A DNA stretch of 63,347 bases, counting the filler, from Phoronis australis (taxonomy: Eukaryota; Animalia; Phoronida): assembly GCA_002633005.1 (NCBI GenBank). It is 9 parts of 9 records of this genome, joined end to end, with 100 filler letters (N's around TTAATTAATTAA, not from the genome) between each part and the next. Parts side by side here need not be neighbours in the genome. Positions count along the whole stretch, not along the records: positions 58,039 to 63,347 come from NMRA01000393.1; 8 more parts are not named here. One strand, written 5' to 3'. Under the pieces are notes generated by a model. The model had not been told where the DNA came from. It saw nothing but the letters and a program-made list of their open reading frames with translations, and did no database searches. Positions 62,969-63,347 of the stretch are shown one piece after another. A program made the translations under genes and the position numbers. How positions within the stretch are numbered: the stretch's first letter is position 1; every line of letters begins with the position of its first letter.

Positions 62969-63095
62969 TTGTCAGGTATAGCACACATATCAAGTGCTAG
63001 GTAGGGCACACATATCAAGTGTCAGGCATGGAACACATATCAAGTGTCAGGTATGGCACACATATCAAGTGTCAGGTATGGCACACACTTCAAGT
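62969..63095. repeat. ~24-25-bp tandem repeat, about 5 copies
   Basis: gtgtcaggtatggcacacatatcaa-like units. Confidence 0.85.
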
Positions 63096-63249
63096 TTCCA
63101 TGGTGTTGCTCAGACAGGTTATACAATGGCATACTCTAACAACCGACTTTTGCCATTCAAACAAATGCAAAAGTTCAATTTTCAATGACTAGTTTAGAGT
63201 TTATAATCTGCAGAGGTTAAAGTAGATTGGACAGGATGTTGCCATACAC

Positions 63250-63347
63250 ACCAATCTCTAGTCACATGCACCCATCTCTAGTCACACACACCCATCCCTA
63301 GTCACACGCACCCATCCCTAGTCACACGCACCCATCCCTAGTCACAC
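63250..63347. repeat. 20-bp tandem repeat, about 5 copies, cut by window edge
   Basis: ccctagtcacacgcacccat units. Confidence 0.9.

Overview
Eukaryotic, AT-rich, intron-rich animal DNA, probably from a marine invertebrate deuterostome (inferred from exon structure and repeat types). The window is not one locus. It is nine unrelated scaffolds joined by eight identical 100-nt linkers (44 N + TTAATTAATTAA + 44 N), so adjacency across linkers is meaningless. Spliced genes reconstructed by hand with GT-AG boundaries and consistent phases are: four catalytic-domain exons of an OCRL/INPP5B-type inositol polyphosphate 5-phosphatase (- strand, 1-2264); an immunoglobulin-superfamily surface protein (- strand, about 5188-15306: signal peptide, cysteine-less V-type domain, two C2/I-type domains, probable stalk), with a tyrosine-motif (ITIM-like) terminal exon of an upstream same-strand gene at 21936-22200; six exons of RASA1/p120 RasGAP (+ strand, 34105-37414); and three exons of a divergent ABCC/MRP transporter (- strand, 58154-61890). 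The rest is transposon-derived and tandem-repeat DNA: two Ty3/Gypsy integrase tails, an L1/Tx1 LINE 3' end, a THAP remnant, Kolobok-like ends, hAT-, Harbinger- and foldback-type MITEs, and minisatellites. There is also an unidentified spliced-looking gene. The most interesting leads are the CD2/CEACAM-like Ig receptor locus, a ~37-bp motif that in all three copies abuts palindromic or filler DNA, and the remodelled substrate-binding helix of the ABCC gene. No tRNA, rRNA or CRISPR array was seen.
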